From Sphingomonas sp. (GTDB lineage: Bacteria; Pseudomonadota; Alphaproteobacteria; Sphingomonadales; Sphingomonadaceae): 60,807 nt of DNA. A program made the translations under genes and the position numbers. Location of the stretch: NCBI GenBank assembly GCA_013361785.1, contig JABFXK010000040.1, positions 1 to 60,807 on the forward strand, written 5' to 3'. Below the pieces are notes generated by a model. It did no database searches. It had not been told where the DNA came from and worked only from the letters and a program-made list of their open reading frames with translations. Shown here piece by piece: positions 29,453 to 38,779 of the stretch (position 1 is its first letter; each line of letters starts with the position of its first letter).

Positions 29453-29788
29453 ATGAAACGATCCATTCTAATCGCCGGCGCCGCGGTCGCGCTGACCGGC
29501 GCGGCGGCCATCTCCACTGCCGCCTTTGCTCCGCTCCTCGCGCAGCCCGCCAGGACGGCGCCGGGCCGGGTCCAGTCCGCGACCTTTGCGATCGCGAACA
29601 TGACCTGCGCGCTTTGCCCCGTTACCGTCAAAAAGGCGATGGAGGGCGTCGCCGGCGTCCGGTCGGTCCAGGTCGACTTTGAGGCAAAGACGGCGACGGT
29701 CAGCTTCGACCCATCCAAGACGACGATCGCCGCAATCGCGAGGGCCTCGACCAACGCCGGCTATCCGGCGCGCGCGACGAAGGCCTGA
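29453..29788 (+). CDS. merP: Periplasmic mercury-binding protein
   Basis: Signal peptide, MTCALCPVTVKKA, NAGYP. Confidence 0.88.
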   Translation: MKRSILIAGAAVALTGAAAISTAAFAPLLAQPARTAPGRVQSATFAIANMTCALCPVTVKKAMEGVAGVRSVQVDFEAKTATVSFDPSKTTIAAIARASTNAGYPARATKA

Positions 29789-29791
29789 CAA

Positions 29792-30028
29792 GTGACCGAC
29801 CGAGCCCTCCTCGGAACCGGCCTCATCGGGACGGCGATTGTCGCCCTTTGCTGCTTCACGCCGGTTCTCGTGCTCCTGACCGGCGTCGTGGGCGCGGCAG
29901 CGATCGTCGGATATCTCGATTATGTCCTGCTGCCCGCACTCATCTTCTTCGTCGGCTTGACCGTTTACGCCGTGCGGCGCCGGCAGTCGCACGAGCGCGC
30001 CGCCAGTCATTCCACCAGACGGGATTGA
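29792..30028 (+). CDS. merF: Mercury transporter MerF
   Basis: ALCCFTPVLVLL...GYLDYVLLPAL. Confidence 0.9.
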   Translation: MTDRALLGTGLIGTAIVALCCFTPVLVLLTGVVGAAAIVGYLDYVLLPALIFFVGLTVYAVRRRQSHERAASHSTRRD

Positions 30029-30031
30029 GCG

Positions 30032-31456
30032 ATGTCAGACTGTTGTGCGCCGCGCTCGAACGGCGCTTATGATCTTGCCGTCGTCGGCGCTGGGTCGGCC
30101 GGCTTCTCCGCAGCGATCACCGCAGCGGAGCAGGGCGCCAATGTCGCGCTCATCGGCCACGGAACCATCGGAGGCACCTGCGTCAACGTCGGCTGCGTTC
30201 CGTCGAAAACGATGATCCGGGCCGCCGAAGCCCTGTACGGCGCCCGCGCGGCACGCCGTTTCCCGGGCCTTGCCGGTGAGGCTCAGGTCACCGACTGGAC
30301 TCGGCTGGTCGCCGCCAAGGACGATCTCGTGGGCACGCTCCGGCAGAAGAAATATATCGACCTCCTGCCCGAGTATAACGGTGTCGCCTATCTGGAACGA
30401 CGGGCCCGAATGACCCGCGAGGGCCTTGAACTTGACGGCGAGCCGCTGCCGGCCGGCAAGATCATCCTTGCGACCGGCGCATCGCCCGCCGTTCCCGACA
30501 TTCCCGGTATCGAACATGTCGCCTACCTCACGAGCACGACCGCGCTCGAGCTCAGGGAACTGCCGCGATCCATCCTGGTGATCGGCGGCGGCTATATCGG
30601 CTGCGAACTGGCGCAGATGTTCGCGCGCGCCGGCTCCCGTGTCAGCCTTGCGACCCGTTCGCGGCTGCTTCCAGAAGCGGAGCCGGAAATTTCCGAGGCC
30701 CTGACGCGCTACCTGGGCGAGGAAGGGATCACGGTCCAGGCGGGCCTTTCTTATCGCAGGATCGATCGGTCCGAGGGCCGGATTCGACTGTTGCTCGAAG
30801 CTGACGACCAGGAAGAGACCATCGAGGCCGAGCAGGTCCTGATAACGACCGGTCGGACGCCCAATACAGCGGGCATGGGCCTGCAACAGGCCGGCGTCGA
30901 ACTGACGCACACAGGCGCTGTCATGGTCGACGAGCGAATGCGAACCACGCGCGCGGGCGTCTATGCCGCCGGCGACGTCACCGGCCGTGACCAGTTCGTC
31001 TACATGGCGGCCTATGGGGCAAAGCTCGCAGCACTGAATGCGCTCAACGGGGACAGTCTCGCCTATGACAATGAAGCCATGCCCTGGGTCGTCTTCACCG
31101 ATCCGCAGGTCGCAGGCGTTGGCCTCAGCGAGGCGGCCGCAAGGTCACGCGGCTTTGACGTCAAAATCTCGGTTGCACCGCTCGACCAGGTCCCGCGCGC
31201 GCTTGCCGCCCGGGACACGCGCGGCCTGATCAAGCTCGTCGCGGACAGGGAGACGGATCTGCTGCTCGGCGGCCAGATCCTTGCCCCGGAAGGAGCGGAC
31301 AGCATCCAGACCCTCGCGCTGGCCCTCAAACATGGGATGACGGCGACCGCGTTGGGAGAGACGATCTTTCCATATCTGACCACGGTGGAGGGCCTGAAGC
31401 TCGCCGCCCAGGGTTTTGACAAGGACGTCGCCAAGCTCTCGTGCTGCGCAGGATGA
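30032..31456 (+). CDS. merA: Mercuric reductase without full NmerA domain
   Basis: GGTCVNVGCVPSK, FPYLT, C-terminal KLSCCAG. Confidence 0.93.
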   Translation: MSDCCAPRSNGAYDLAVVGAGSAGFSAAITAAEQGANVALIGHGTIGGTCVNVGCVPSKTMIRAAEALYGARAARRFPGLAGEAQVTDWTRLVAAKDDLVGTLRQKKYIDLLPEYNGVAYLERRARMTREGLELDGEPLPAGKIILATGASPAVPDIPGIEHVAYLTSTTALELRELPRSILVIGGGYIGCELAQMFARAGSRVSLATRSRLLPEAEPEISEALTRYLGEEGITVQAGLSYRRIDRSEGRIRLLLEADDQEETIEAEQVLITTGRTPNTAGMGLQQAGVELTHTGAVMVDERMRTTRAGVYAAGDVTGRDQFVYMAAYGAKLAALNALNGDSLAYDNEAMPWVVFTDPQVAGVGLSEAAARSRGFDVKISVAPLDQVPRALAARDTRGLIKLVADRETDLLLGGQILAPEGADSIQTLALALKHGMTATALGETIFPYLTTVEGLKLAAQGFDKDVAKLSCCAG

Positions 31457-31598
31457 ACAGTCGGTGGAAGCGTAGGCACTCCGGCAATCATGCCGGAGGC
31501 GGAATCAAATGCAGGACTGCGTGGGCCGCAGGTTGATGATCCTGTCCGCGAGTCCTGGCGATCGGGGCGATCTCCTCAACTGAAGCAGAGGGCCAACA

Positions 31599-32948
31599 AT
31601 GACTGAGCAATATGACCTCGTCGTCATCGGCACCGGCACCGCAGCCAGGACCGCCGCGATGCGGGTCCGGCACGCCGGGAGAAAAGTCGCGGTCATCGAC
31701 GAAAAGCCTTTCGGCGGCACTTGCGCGCTGCGCGGCTGCGATCCCAAGAAGATGCTGGTCGCCGGCGCGCAAGTTGTTGATGCACAGCGGCGAATGCACC
31801 CCAACGGGATCGACGGCGAACTCCACATCGATTGGCCGGCTCTGATCAGGTTCAAGCGCAGCTTCACCGACCCGATCCCGGAAAAGCACGAGCAAAGCTA
31901 TCATGAGGCGGGCATCGCGACGTTTCACGGGATCGCGCGCTTCACCGGCCCCGAAACCATCCGCGTCGGCAGCGATGAGCTCAGCGCCCGCAATATCCTG
32001 ATCGCGTCCGGCGCCAGGCCGGTCAGGCTCGGCATCCCCGGCGAAGAGCATCTGATAGACAATGAAGCCTTCATGGCGCTCGAGCGGCTGCCTCGGCGCA
32101 TTACCCTGGTCGGCGGCGGCTATATCGCCGCCGAATTCTCCCACATCGCCGCGCGGGCGGGAGCTGAGGTCACAATCATCCAGCGCGGCCCGAGGATGCT
32201 CGAGCATTTCGAGCCCGAGCTGGTCGGCTGGCTAATGGACGCGTTCGACCGGATCGGCGTTCGCGTGCTGACCGAGACGAGCGTGAATGCGATCGAACGG
32301 TCCGGTGACATGTTCGTGGTGCATGCCGGCGGCGACGGTCGCGAGATTGAGGTCGAGGCCGATCTCGTCGTCCACGCGGCCGGCCGGGCGCCGGCGCTCG
32401 GGGAGCTCGACCTCGGCGCTGCGAATGTTGCGGCCGAAGAGGGTCGCCTCAAGCTCAACGAGTTCCTGCAGAGCACCTCCAACCCCGCAGTTTATGCGGC
32501 CGGCGATGCCGCCCAGCAGGGGCCGCCGCTGACGCCCGTTTCGAGCCACGACGCCAAAGTGGTCGCGGCGAACCTCATCGACGGCAACCATCAGAAGCCC
32601 GATTATCGCGGCGTGCCGAGCGTGGCGTTCACGATCCCGCCGATCGCGGCGGTGGGCATGAGCGAGGCCGAGGCCCGCGATTCGGGGCGTCGCTTCCGGC
32701 TGAAGTGTGAACGCGCCTCCGGCTGGTTCACTGCGTTGCAGGCGGCCGAGCCCGTCTATGGCTACAAGACGCTTGTCGAGGAAGATTCCGGCCGGATCCT
32801 CGGAGCCCATCTTGTCGGACCGCACGCGGATGAAGTGATCAACCTCTTCGCGCTTGCGATCCGCCACGACCTCTCGGCCGATCAGCTCAACGACACGATG
32901 TTCGCCTATCCGACGGGCGCTTCCGATATTTCTTCGATGCTCGCGTAA
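31599..32948 (+). CDS. Glutathione reductase-like flavin disulfide oxidoreductase
   Basis: GGTCALRGCDPKK, GGGYI, AYPT; no C-terminal CC. Confidence 0.82.
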   Translation: MTEQYDLVVIGTGTAARTAAMRVRHAGRKVAVIDEKPFGGTCALRGCDPKKMLVAGAQVVDAQRRMHPNGIDGELHIDWPALIRFKRSFTDPIPEKHEQSYHEAGIATFHGIARFTGPETIRVGSDELSARNILIASGARPVRLGIPGEEHLIDNEAFMALERLPRRITLVGGGYIAAEFSHIAARAGAEVTIIQRGPRMLEHFEPELVGWLMDAFDRIGVRVLTETSVNAIERSGDMFVVHAGGDGREIEVEADLVVHAAGRAPALGELDLGAANVAAEEGRLKLNEFLQSTSNPAVYAAGDAAQQGPPLTPVSSHDAKVVAANLIDGNHQKPDYRGVPSVAFTIPPIAAVGMSEAEARDSGRRFRLKCERASGWFTALQAAEPVYGYKTLVEEDSGRILGAHLVGPHADEVINLFALAIRHDLSADQLNDTMFAYPTGASDISSMLA

Positions 32949-32971
32949 CCGTGGGCGGGGTCGCCTGCGAA
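32944..32971 (+). promoter_or_regulatory. SigF-type promoter (17-bp spacer)
   Basis: CGTAACC-N17-CGAA 10 nt upstream of ATG 32981. Confidence 0.6.
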
Positions 32972-32980
32972 TTAGCAGGC

Positions 32981-33340
32981 ATGAGCCAAGTTGATACAAG
33001 GAACGCCGTTTCCGAAGAGCGCCCATCATCAACCTTGAGCGATCTCGAATGGCGCATCGTGGAAGCGGCCAGGACCGACGGCCGGCGCAGCCTCAATCCC
33101 AACAGCGTCCGGGCGAGGCTTGCCCGCAAGCTCTTCGGCATCTCCATTGCGCGGTCACTCGCCAATGAGGCCCTGGAAGCGCTTCGCCGCTTCTCGGTCC
33201 GCGCCTGGCACTGGAACATGGTTCGGCCGAGCGACATCGGGTTGTTGATCGACGCCGGTTATTCGCGCGGCGACGCCCTGCAAATCCTCGCGCATATCGT
33301 CTCACGCCGCGGTTGCATGCCCTGTGCCCAGGATGATCTG
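32981..33340 (+). CDS. Half-AhpD-like hypothetical protein, paralog of 6673-7074; end approximate because no stop codon follows
   Basis: LEWRIVEAAR...RKLFGI...LANEALEALRRFSV...IDAGYS; similarity ends near RRGCMP but the frame stays open to 34321. Confidence 0.5.
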
Positions 33341-33476
33341 CTCAAATGGGCTCCGGACCGGACGGGTCATTTCCCCGCTCTCGACCCTCCGGTCCCATTC
33401 CCGCTCTGCCCGCGCCCCAAGCCCCCTCCCTTGCTCCCCGGCGCGGGCAGAGCCTTCAGACTGAGGGGTGGCAGCC

Positions 33477-33992
33477 ATGTCCATGTCGATAGCATCGGTC
33501 GAATGCCGCCCTGGCGCTTCCAAGCGGCTTTGTCCGGAATGGGCGCGTTCGCTTCTCGGCATCGCCGGCTCATTCCTCGCGGTCATGGGAATCGCGATGG
33601 CGGTCAAAGCCGCCTTCGCAGGCTCCGGCGGTTCGACCTATTATTGGCTCGCCGGAATTGGCCTGATCATTTCAGGGCTGTTGTTGGCCAATCGTCACAT
33701 TGGCGGCCTCTGGGCTTTGCTCGGAGTGTTCGCCGCGACACTGATCTGGTCGCTGCGCGATGCCGGCCTCGGCGGCTCGTCGCTCGGATACCGCCTGGTC
33801 GGTCCGCTGATCATCCTGTCGATGGCCTGTGCGCTGATGCCGTTCCTTGGTCGATCGAGCAGCGGCAGGATCGTTCGGCTGTGCACGGCGCTGATGGTCG
33901 TCACCGTGGCCATTGGCATTGTCGCCGGCGCCGCCCAACCTCAGCGCCCGACACCCCCTTCCCAACCTGCACTGACCGGAGTCCAGCAATGA
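33477..33992 (+). CDS. Membrane protein resembling the N-terminal TM anchor of PQQ glucose/quinate dehydrogenases
   Basis: GGSTYYWLAGIGLIISGLLL...ATLIWSLRDAG; about five TMs, no catalytic domain. Confidence 0.55.
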   Translation: MSMSIASVECRPGASKRLCPEWARSLLGIAGSFLAVMGIAMAVKAAFAGSGGSTYYWLAGIGLIISGLLLANRHIGGLWALLGVFAATLIWSLRDAGLGGSSLGYRLVGPLIILSMACALMPFLGRSSSGRIVRLCTALMVVTVAIGIVAGAAQPQRPTPPSQPALTGVQQ

Positions 33993-34321
33993 ATTGCGAC
34001 TGGCACAATGACGTGCACCTTGAGTGCTTCACGCGGGCCGAGTTCGTCCCTCCAGCCATGTTCGGCGAAGCGGCCTGGGACTGCCTGCTCGCGCTCCACG
34101 CTGACGAGCGCAATGATCTGAGGCTCGATCAGCTGACCCAGCTTATCAGCGTCCCGCCGCCAGTCCTGCAGCGGTGCCTCGTCGAGCTCGAGCGCCAGCA
34201 GCTCGTGACCGGCGTGCTGCATGAGGAAAATGGCGAGGTCCGCGCCGTGCTGACGCGCGGCGGCCATCGCCTCCTCGAAAGCTATATTTCCGCGACAAGC
34301 GCCCTTCAGTCCCGTCACTGA
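33989..34321 (+). CDS. Small winged-helix protein
   Basis: MFGEAAWDCLLAL...RCLVELERQQLV...AVLTRGG; ATG overlaps upstream stop. Confidence 0.6.
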   Translation: MNCDWHNDVHLECFTRAEFVPPAMFGEAAWDCLLALHADERNDLRLDQLTQLISVPPPVLQRCLVELERQQLVTGVLHEENGEVRAVLTRGGHRLLESYISATSALQSRH

Positions 34322-34344
34322 CCCCTCGAGAAAGGAAAGCTTCC

Positions 34345-34944
34345 ATGTCCATGACCTTCAAGACGAGCCTGCCGCTGCGCAGCGACACGGACGCCGACGC
34401 TGCGGTCGCAGAGCCGCTGCGCAGGGCTCGCGAGCAAATGGGCGTGGTGCCCAACATGTACGCCGCGATGGCGAACCTGCCAGCGCTGCTCGACGCCTAT
34501 CGCCACGGCTATGAACTGTTCCGGGGCCACGCGGAATTCACGCCGGCGGAGCAGGAAGTGCTGCTGCTCGCGATCAGCCTTGAGAATGAATGCGATTATT
34601 GCGTCGCAGCCCACAGCTTCCTTGCCGACAAGTCCGGCGTCCCGACCGAATTCACGGACGCGATCCGCAGCGACCGGCCCATCGCCGACGTCCGTTTGGA
34701 GGCGCTGAGGTCGTTCGCCCAGACCATGGTTCGGACGCGCGGCAATCCGACAACCGAAGATGCGAAACGTTTCCTTGGCGCCGGATATTCGGAGAAGCAC
34801 ATTCTGGGTGTAATCCTGGCGATCGGCGTCAAGACGCTCTCGAACTACACCAACCACATCTTCCACACGGACCTGGACGCGGCATTCGCGTCGCGCCGCT
34901 GGACCGGTGCCGACCAGGACGCGGAAGAGGCGGCGACCGCCTGA
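34345..34944 (+). CDS. AhpD/carboxymuconolactone decarboxylase family protein
   Basis: GVVPNMY, ENECDYCVAAH, KTLSNYTNH. Confidence 0.87.
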   Translation: MSMTFKTSLPLRSDTDADAAVAEPLRRAREQMGVVPNMYAAMANLPALLDAYRHGYELFRGHAEFTPAEQEVLLLAISLENECDYCVAAHSFLADKSGVPTEFTDAIRSDRPIADVRLEALRSFAQTMVRTRGNPTTEDAKRFLGAGYSEKHILGVILAIGVKTLSNYTNHIFHTDLDAAFASRRWTGADQDAEEAATA

Positions 34945-34998
34945 GGCCTCGCCTGCACGGCGAAGGCGCTGCCCGAGCGCAACGACCCGTTCCGTCAA

Positions 34999-35025
34999 TG
35001 TAACCAATGCGCGATCCGCAACGAA
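34999..35025 (+). promoter_or_regulatory. SigF-type promoter
   Basis: TGTAACC-N16-CGAA. Confidence 0.8.
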
Positions 35026-35098
35026 TTTAGTTCGGCTGCAGGGTGCAAGCCGGGGAAGATCAACCGCGCCCAGAAACATCTCTATCGGAGTCAATCAC

Positions 35099-35383
35099 AT
35101 GAAGAACGTCAAATTGTCCTCTCTGCTCATCGTCGCCGGCGGACTCGCCACGGCTGTCTCCGCGGCGCCTGCCATGGCGCACACTCGATGCGCGGCGAGC
35201 CAGCAGGCCCAACCTGCCGGCTGTACCGCCAAGCCATGCGCGGCGAGCGCCTGTGCTGCAAAGCCCTGCGCGGCGAGCACGTGCGCCGCGAAGTCGCGCA
35301 AGTCGAAGCATCACAAGAAGGCAAAGCACGGTCGGGCCGCAGCGGCCGGTTGCGCCGCCGCAAAATGCGGTCCCAGGCACTAA
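35099..35383 (+). CDS. Exported Cys/His/Lys-rich repeat peptide (candidate MNIO substrate or metal binder)
   Basis: GGAG RBS, signal peptide ending AMA, 8 Cys in C[TA]AKPCAAS-type repeats, KHHKKAKH tract. Confidence 0.75.
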   Translation: MKNVKLSSLLIVAGGLATAVSAAPAMAHTRCAASQQAQPAGCTAKPCAASACAAKPCAASTCAAKSRKSKHHKKAKHGRAAAAGCAAAKCGPRH

Positions 35384-35442
35384 TCCTCGAACCGACGGTC
35401 GGCGGCGCCGGGCGCCGTCGACCCTTACGAGCTGACCGGGGA

Positions 35443-36093
35443 ATGAGACCGGAGGATGCCGCGCGCGTCGTCATTGAAACGATCACGCAAATGGCGGCCG
35501 AGGGCAGGCCTTTGATGCAGCGCATCCTGCCGCAGGACGATATTCACTGGTGGGCGCACTATCCCGAGGATGACGCGCGCGATGCGGTCACGCGCTCTCG
35601 CTATTATTACCATGTCCATGAGCCCGGCGACCGGAATCCGGACGAGCACGGTCATTTTCACCTGTTTCTTCACCGCAGGCAGATGGACAGAGGCGCCATC
35701 CCGATCGCGGAACCGGCGGAAGGAGAGAAAGCGCCCGCGCTCATGGTCCATATCGCTGGGCTCTCCATCGACCATCGGGGAATTCCGATTGCGTGGTTCA
35801 CGACCAACCGCTGGGTCACGGACGAATTCATGTATCCGGCGACGACGCTCGCCGCGCATCTCGACCGTTATAATGTCGACAGCTGCGGGGAGGACCCTCT
35901 GGTCAATCGCTTCCTGACGGCGATGGTCGCCCTTTATCGGGACGAACTTTCCGAGCTGCTGGCGGCACGCGACGCCCGTCTCGCCGAAATCGGCGCCGGT
36001 CCCGCAGCCGAAGAGCTATTCGAAAGCGGCAATGATGTCCTCTCAACACTGTCGATTGACCTCGACGCGAAGGTCGCCAGCCTCGATCTCTAG
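35443..36093 (+). CDS. DUF6969-like protein
   Basis: HYPEDDARD...RYYYHVH...EHGHFHLF...FTTNRWVTDE. Confidence 0.65.
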   Translation: MRPEDAARVVIETITQMAAEGRPLMQRILPQDDIHWWAHYPEDDARDAVTRSRYYYHVHEPGDRNPDEHGHFHLFLHRRQMDRGAIPIAEPAEGEKAPALMVHIAGLSIDHRGIPIAWFTTNRWVTDEFMYPATTLAAHLDRYNVDSCGEDPLVNRFLTAMVALYRDELSELLAARDARLAEIGAGPAAEELFESGNDVLSTLSIDLDAKVASLDL

Positions 36094-36170
36094 ATCGCAG
36101 AGCGCTGCTTGGATCATTACCCCGGGCAGCGGCGCCTGCGCGCCGCTTGCGGCCGCGCACGGCGCTCGCT

Positions 36171-36875
36171 CTAAGCCACAGCGTCCTTCAATTTCTCCTT
36201 GAGCTGGTTGAGCATGTGCGGGGGCATGATGGTCTCGTCGGGATCGACGGTGCCGCCTCTTGGCGGATCGAACAGCAGCCCTTCAGCATAGGGCGCTGGT
36301 CTTCCGAGCAGATATGCCGAAAGCTGTTCGGCATAGGCCTCGCGCGCTTCCTCGACCGTCTTCTTGCCGGTCACGATCTCGTGCATGAAATTGATGGTCA
36401 CCATGTCTGCTGCCTCGCCGTCGCAGCGGGCGCCGACCTCGCCGGCCGTCCGGTCGATGAGGCAGCTTCCGTCATAACGAGTCAGCTCGTCGGCAAACTC
36501 AATGGGCACCTGATAATCGATCCAGCAGGTCATGTAATCGGTGTGCGGCGCGGGAAAGTTGTGTTCGATCTCGTCGCGCGTGATCTCCACGCGCTTCCAC
36601 GGACCGCTGTTGTACCAGATCAGCCGCGCGGGGGTGCCCTCATTGGGCGGGCCATATTGCTTCATCGTCTGCTCAACCGAGAGCTTCGGTGCTTTGGGCC
36701 AATCGGCTGTAAGCCCCTGTACGTCCGATTCCGTCAAACGGAGACGAGCGCCGGATTGCTCGGCCTCAAGCTCACCGCTCGACTTCTTCCCCATTGCACT
36801 GAACATCGCCGCGCCGACATCCCGCATCCGTTCTGACGTTGGAATGTCCGCTGGACCTTTGCGTTTCTCGTCCAT
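36171..36875 (-). CDS. Hypothetical protein
   Basis: 234-aa ORF with RBS; QYGPPNE, WYNSGPWKR, HNFPAPHTD, ARCD. Confidence 0.65.
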   Translation of the reverse strand: MDEKRKGPADIPTSERMRDVGAAMFSAMGKKSSGELEAEQSGARLRLTESDVQGLTADWPKAPKLSVEQTMKQYGPPNEGTPARLIWYNSGPWKRVEITRDEIEHNFPAPHTDYMTCWIDYQVPIEFADELTRYDGSCLIDRTAGEVGARCDGEAADMVTINFMHEIVTGKKTVEEAREAYAEQLSAYLLGRPAPYAEGLLFDPPRGGTVDPDETIMPPHMLNQLKEKLKDAVA

Positions 36876-37009
36876 GCACCTTCTCCGATCGAATTATGCC
36901 CAAGGCCGGCAGGCCTTGGCCACTGAGGAAATTCATTTGGCAATCGGCGGTTCCTGCGGTGGACGATCAGGCACCTGAAACGGACGAGACCGCACCTGCC
37001 TCGTGAAAA

Positions 37010-38101
37010 TCAGGCCAGAGCGGGAAACTTCGGCGCCGCCGTGCAATGGGCGAGCGCGACTTCGCGATCGCCACTTCTCCGGACAGTTTGCTTGGCGCTA
37101 CTGTTCTCCAACGACGGCTGCTGACGGTCAGCGACGCGGGCCCGCTGCCGATAGCTTTTCGGGCCGTGACCAAACATGGTCTTGAATGATCGCGAGAAAT
37201 AGCTGCGCCCGGCGTAGCCGACGGCGAGCGAGATGACCTGCACCGGAAGGTCGGTATTGCGCAGAAGATCGGACGCCCGGTGCAGCCGGATCTGTTTCAG
37301 AAGGTGCCCCGGAGGAGCGCCGAAGGTGGCTGTGAAGCGCTCGACGAACAAAGATCTACTCATGCCGGTGATGCTTGCCAAGGACCTTAGGTCGTGTTCC
37401 GCGGCCGGCTTCTCGAGCATAAAGGTCAGCGCCTTGAGGAGTCTCGAATCGGCGACCGCCAGCGGCAGGATGCGGAAGTCGCCGCGCTCGAGTTGCTCGC
37501 GCATGGCGATAACCAGCGCCTGCTTCATCAGTGCTTCGGCAAGCGCACGTGTGCCGAGCCGCGGCCGCTCGAATTCGCGCGCGATCAGTTCAAACGCTGA
37601 CAGCATTTCGGGATAGGCCGAGACATCCTCGGCAACCGCCTCCCGCAAACCATCGAACAATTCGAGGCCCGCGCAGTCGGCGCCGACCAGTCCGCAAGCG
37701 CTGACCAGCGCGTCGCCCGGGTCCGTTTCGAGCTTGACCATCCCGTCGGCAAACGGGTGTCCCGCCGTCCGCCAGCTGACAATCTTGACCGCGCGCCCCG
37801 CGCCAGAGAGCTGCTGATCCATGCCGGGCGGAACGAACACCAGCATGCCGGGTCGAAGAGCGATCGGGTCGCCATCCGCGACCGCGATCGTCCCGTGCCC
37901 CTTGAGCACGAAATGGATCAGCACGTCGTCCTTCGCCGGAAGGTCGAGGCGGGTGCGGTCCGCGACCTGGCACAGTCCGACCGCGTTGAGGCGGACTTCG
38001 AGCATGGAGAGGAGCCGCTCTATGCTCCTCACACGTCCCGGAGAGCGCATCGGCCGTATCTGCGCGGCGCTCCAGAGCCTTTCCGCCAGCCTGTCCGGCA
38101 T
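37010..38101 (-). CDS. AraC-family regulator with cupin domain
   Basis: IHFVLKG, GMSRSLFVERF, VGYAGRSYFSRSFK; start uncertain. Confidence 0.82.
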   Translation of the reverse strand: MPDRLAERLWSAAQIRPMRSPGRVRSIERLLSMLEVRLNAVGLCQVADRTRLDLPAKDDVLIHFVLKGHGTIAVADGDPIALRPGMLVFVPPGMDQQLSGAGRAVKIVSWRTAGHPFADGMVKLETDPGDALVSACGLVGADCAGLELFDGLREAVAEDVSAYPEMLSAFELIAREFERPRLGTRALAEALMKQALVIAMREQLERGDFRILPLAVADSRLLKALTFMLEKPAAEHDLRSLASITGMSRSLFVERFTATFGAPPGHLLKQIRLHRASDLLRNTDLPVQVISLAVGYAGRSYFSRSFKTMFGHGPKSYRQRARVADRQQPSLENSSAKQTVRRSGDREVALAHCTAAPKFPALA

Positions 38102-38661
38102 CACCCGGTCGCGCCGGCCGGAGCGGCGGTTTCCGGCCGGACCACCCGCAGGGCCTCGGGAAGCGCGAGCCCAAGCGTCGCGAAATGGGTGAGCGCGTCG
38201 ACCACGCAATAAGGACACCAGGCCTTGTCGACCTTGGGCATCTGATAGAAGAGATATTTGGCGGCCATCAGCGCCTGCGGAAGCGCCGAGGCAATGGCCG
38301 CGAGCGGCAGCCACTTGCGTTTTTCATAGCGGTCCGCGGGCCCGGCTGCCGCAATGGCGATATTCATCGCGTGGGTGACAAGCACGAGCGACCCGTCGGG
38401 CATGCCGTAGCTATAGGCCTCCTTGCTGGTATTCACCTTGACGGTGTCGAACTTCGGCCATTTGGTGTGCGGCTCCGGCAGCTTCCTGACGATTCCCATC
38501 TGCAGCAGGCTGACGATGCCCATCGACGCCATGCCGATCAGCGAGACCGCGACGATTGCGCGGCGGTAGCGCATTTCCGGCCGGTCATCGTGCCGGATGC
38601 TTTCCTCAAGCTCATGAGGATCGAGCTTGCCGCTTGTCGCGCGCATCACGATCTGGCGCAT
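38101..38661 (-). CDS. Vitamin K epoxide reductase (VKOR) family protein
   Basis: GMPDG, AWCPYCVV redox motif, TM segments. Confidence 0.78.
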   Translation of the reverse strand: MRQIVMRATSGKLDPHELEESIRHDDRPEMRYRRAIVAVSLIGMASMGIVSLLQMGIVRKLPEPHTKWPKFDTVKVNTSKEAYSYGMPDGSLVLVTHAMNIAIAAAGPADRYEKRKWLPLAAIASALPQALMAAKYLFYQMPKVDKAWCPYCVVDALTHFATLGLALPEALRVVRPETAAPAGATG

Positions 38662-38779
38662 GGGGAAAATCCTTTTGTGGCACAGGGTTGGTTCAAGATA
38701 CGGGTCGGGTAGAGCAAGGTTCCGCGTTCCGCCGTGGAGCCGGGAAGAATTGACGTCCGCAAAGGGGTCCGGGACATGA

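Noticed and set aside
32951-34321. Single 456-aa protein
   Set aside because: Middle part is low-complexity and overlaps a credible membrane gene; better read as three genes with a lost stop
35215-35295. Short DNA repeats as CRISPR or VNTR
   Set aside because: They encode the CAAKPC peptide repeats; no spacer structure or cas genes in the window
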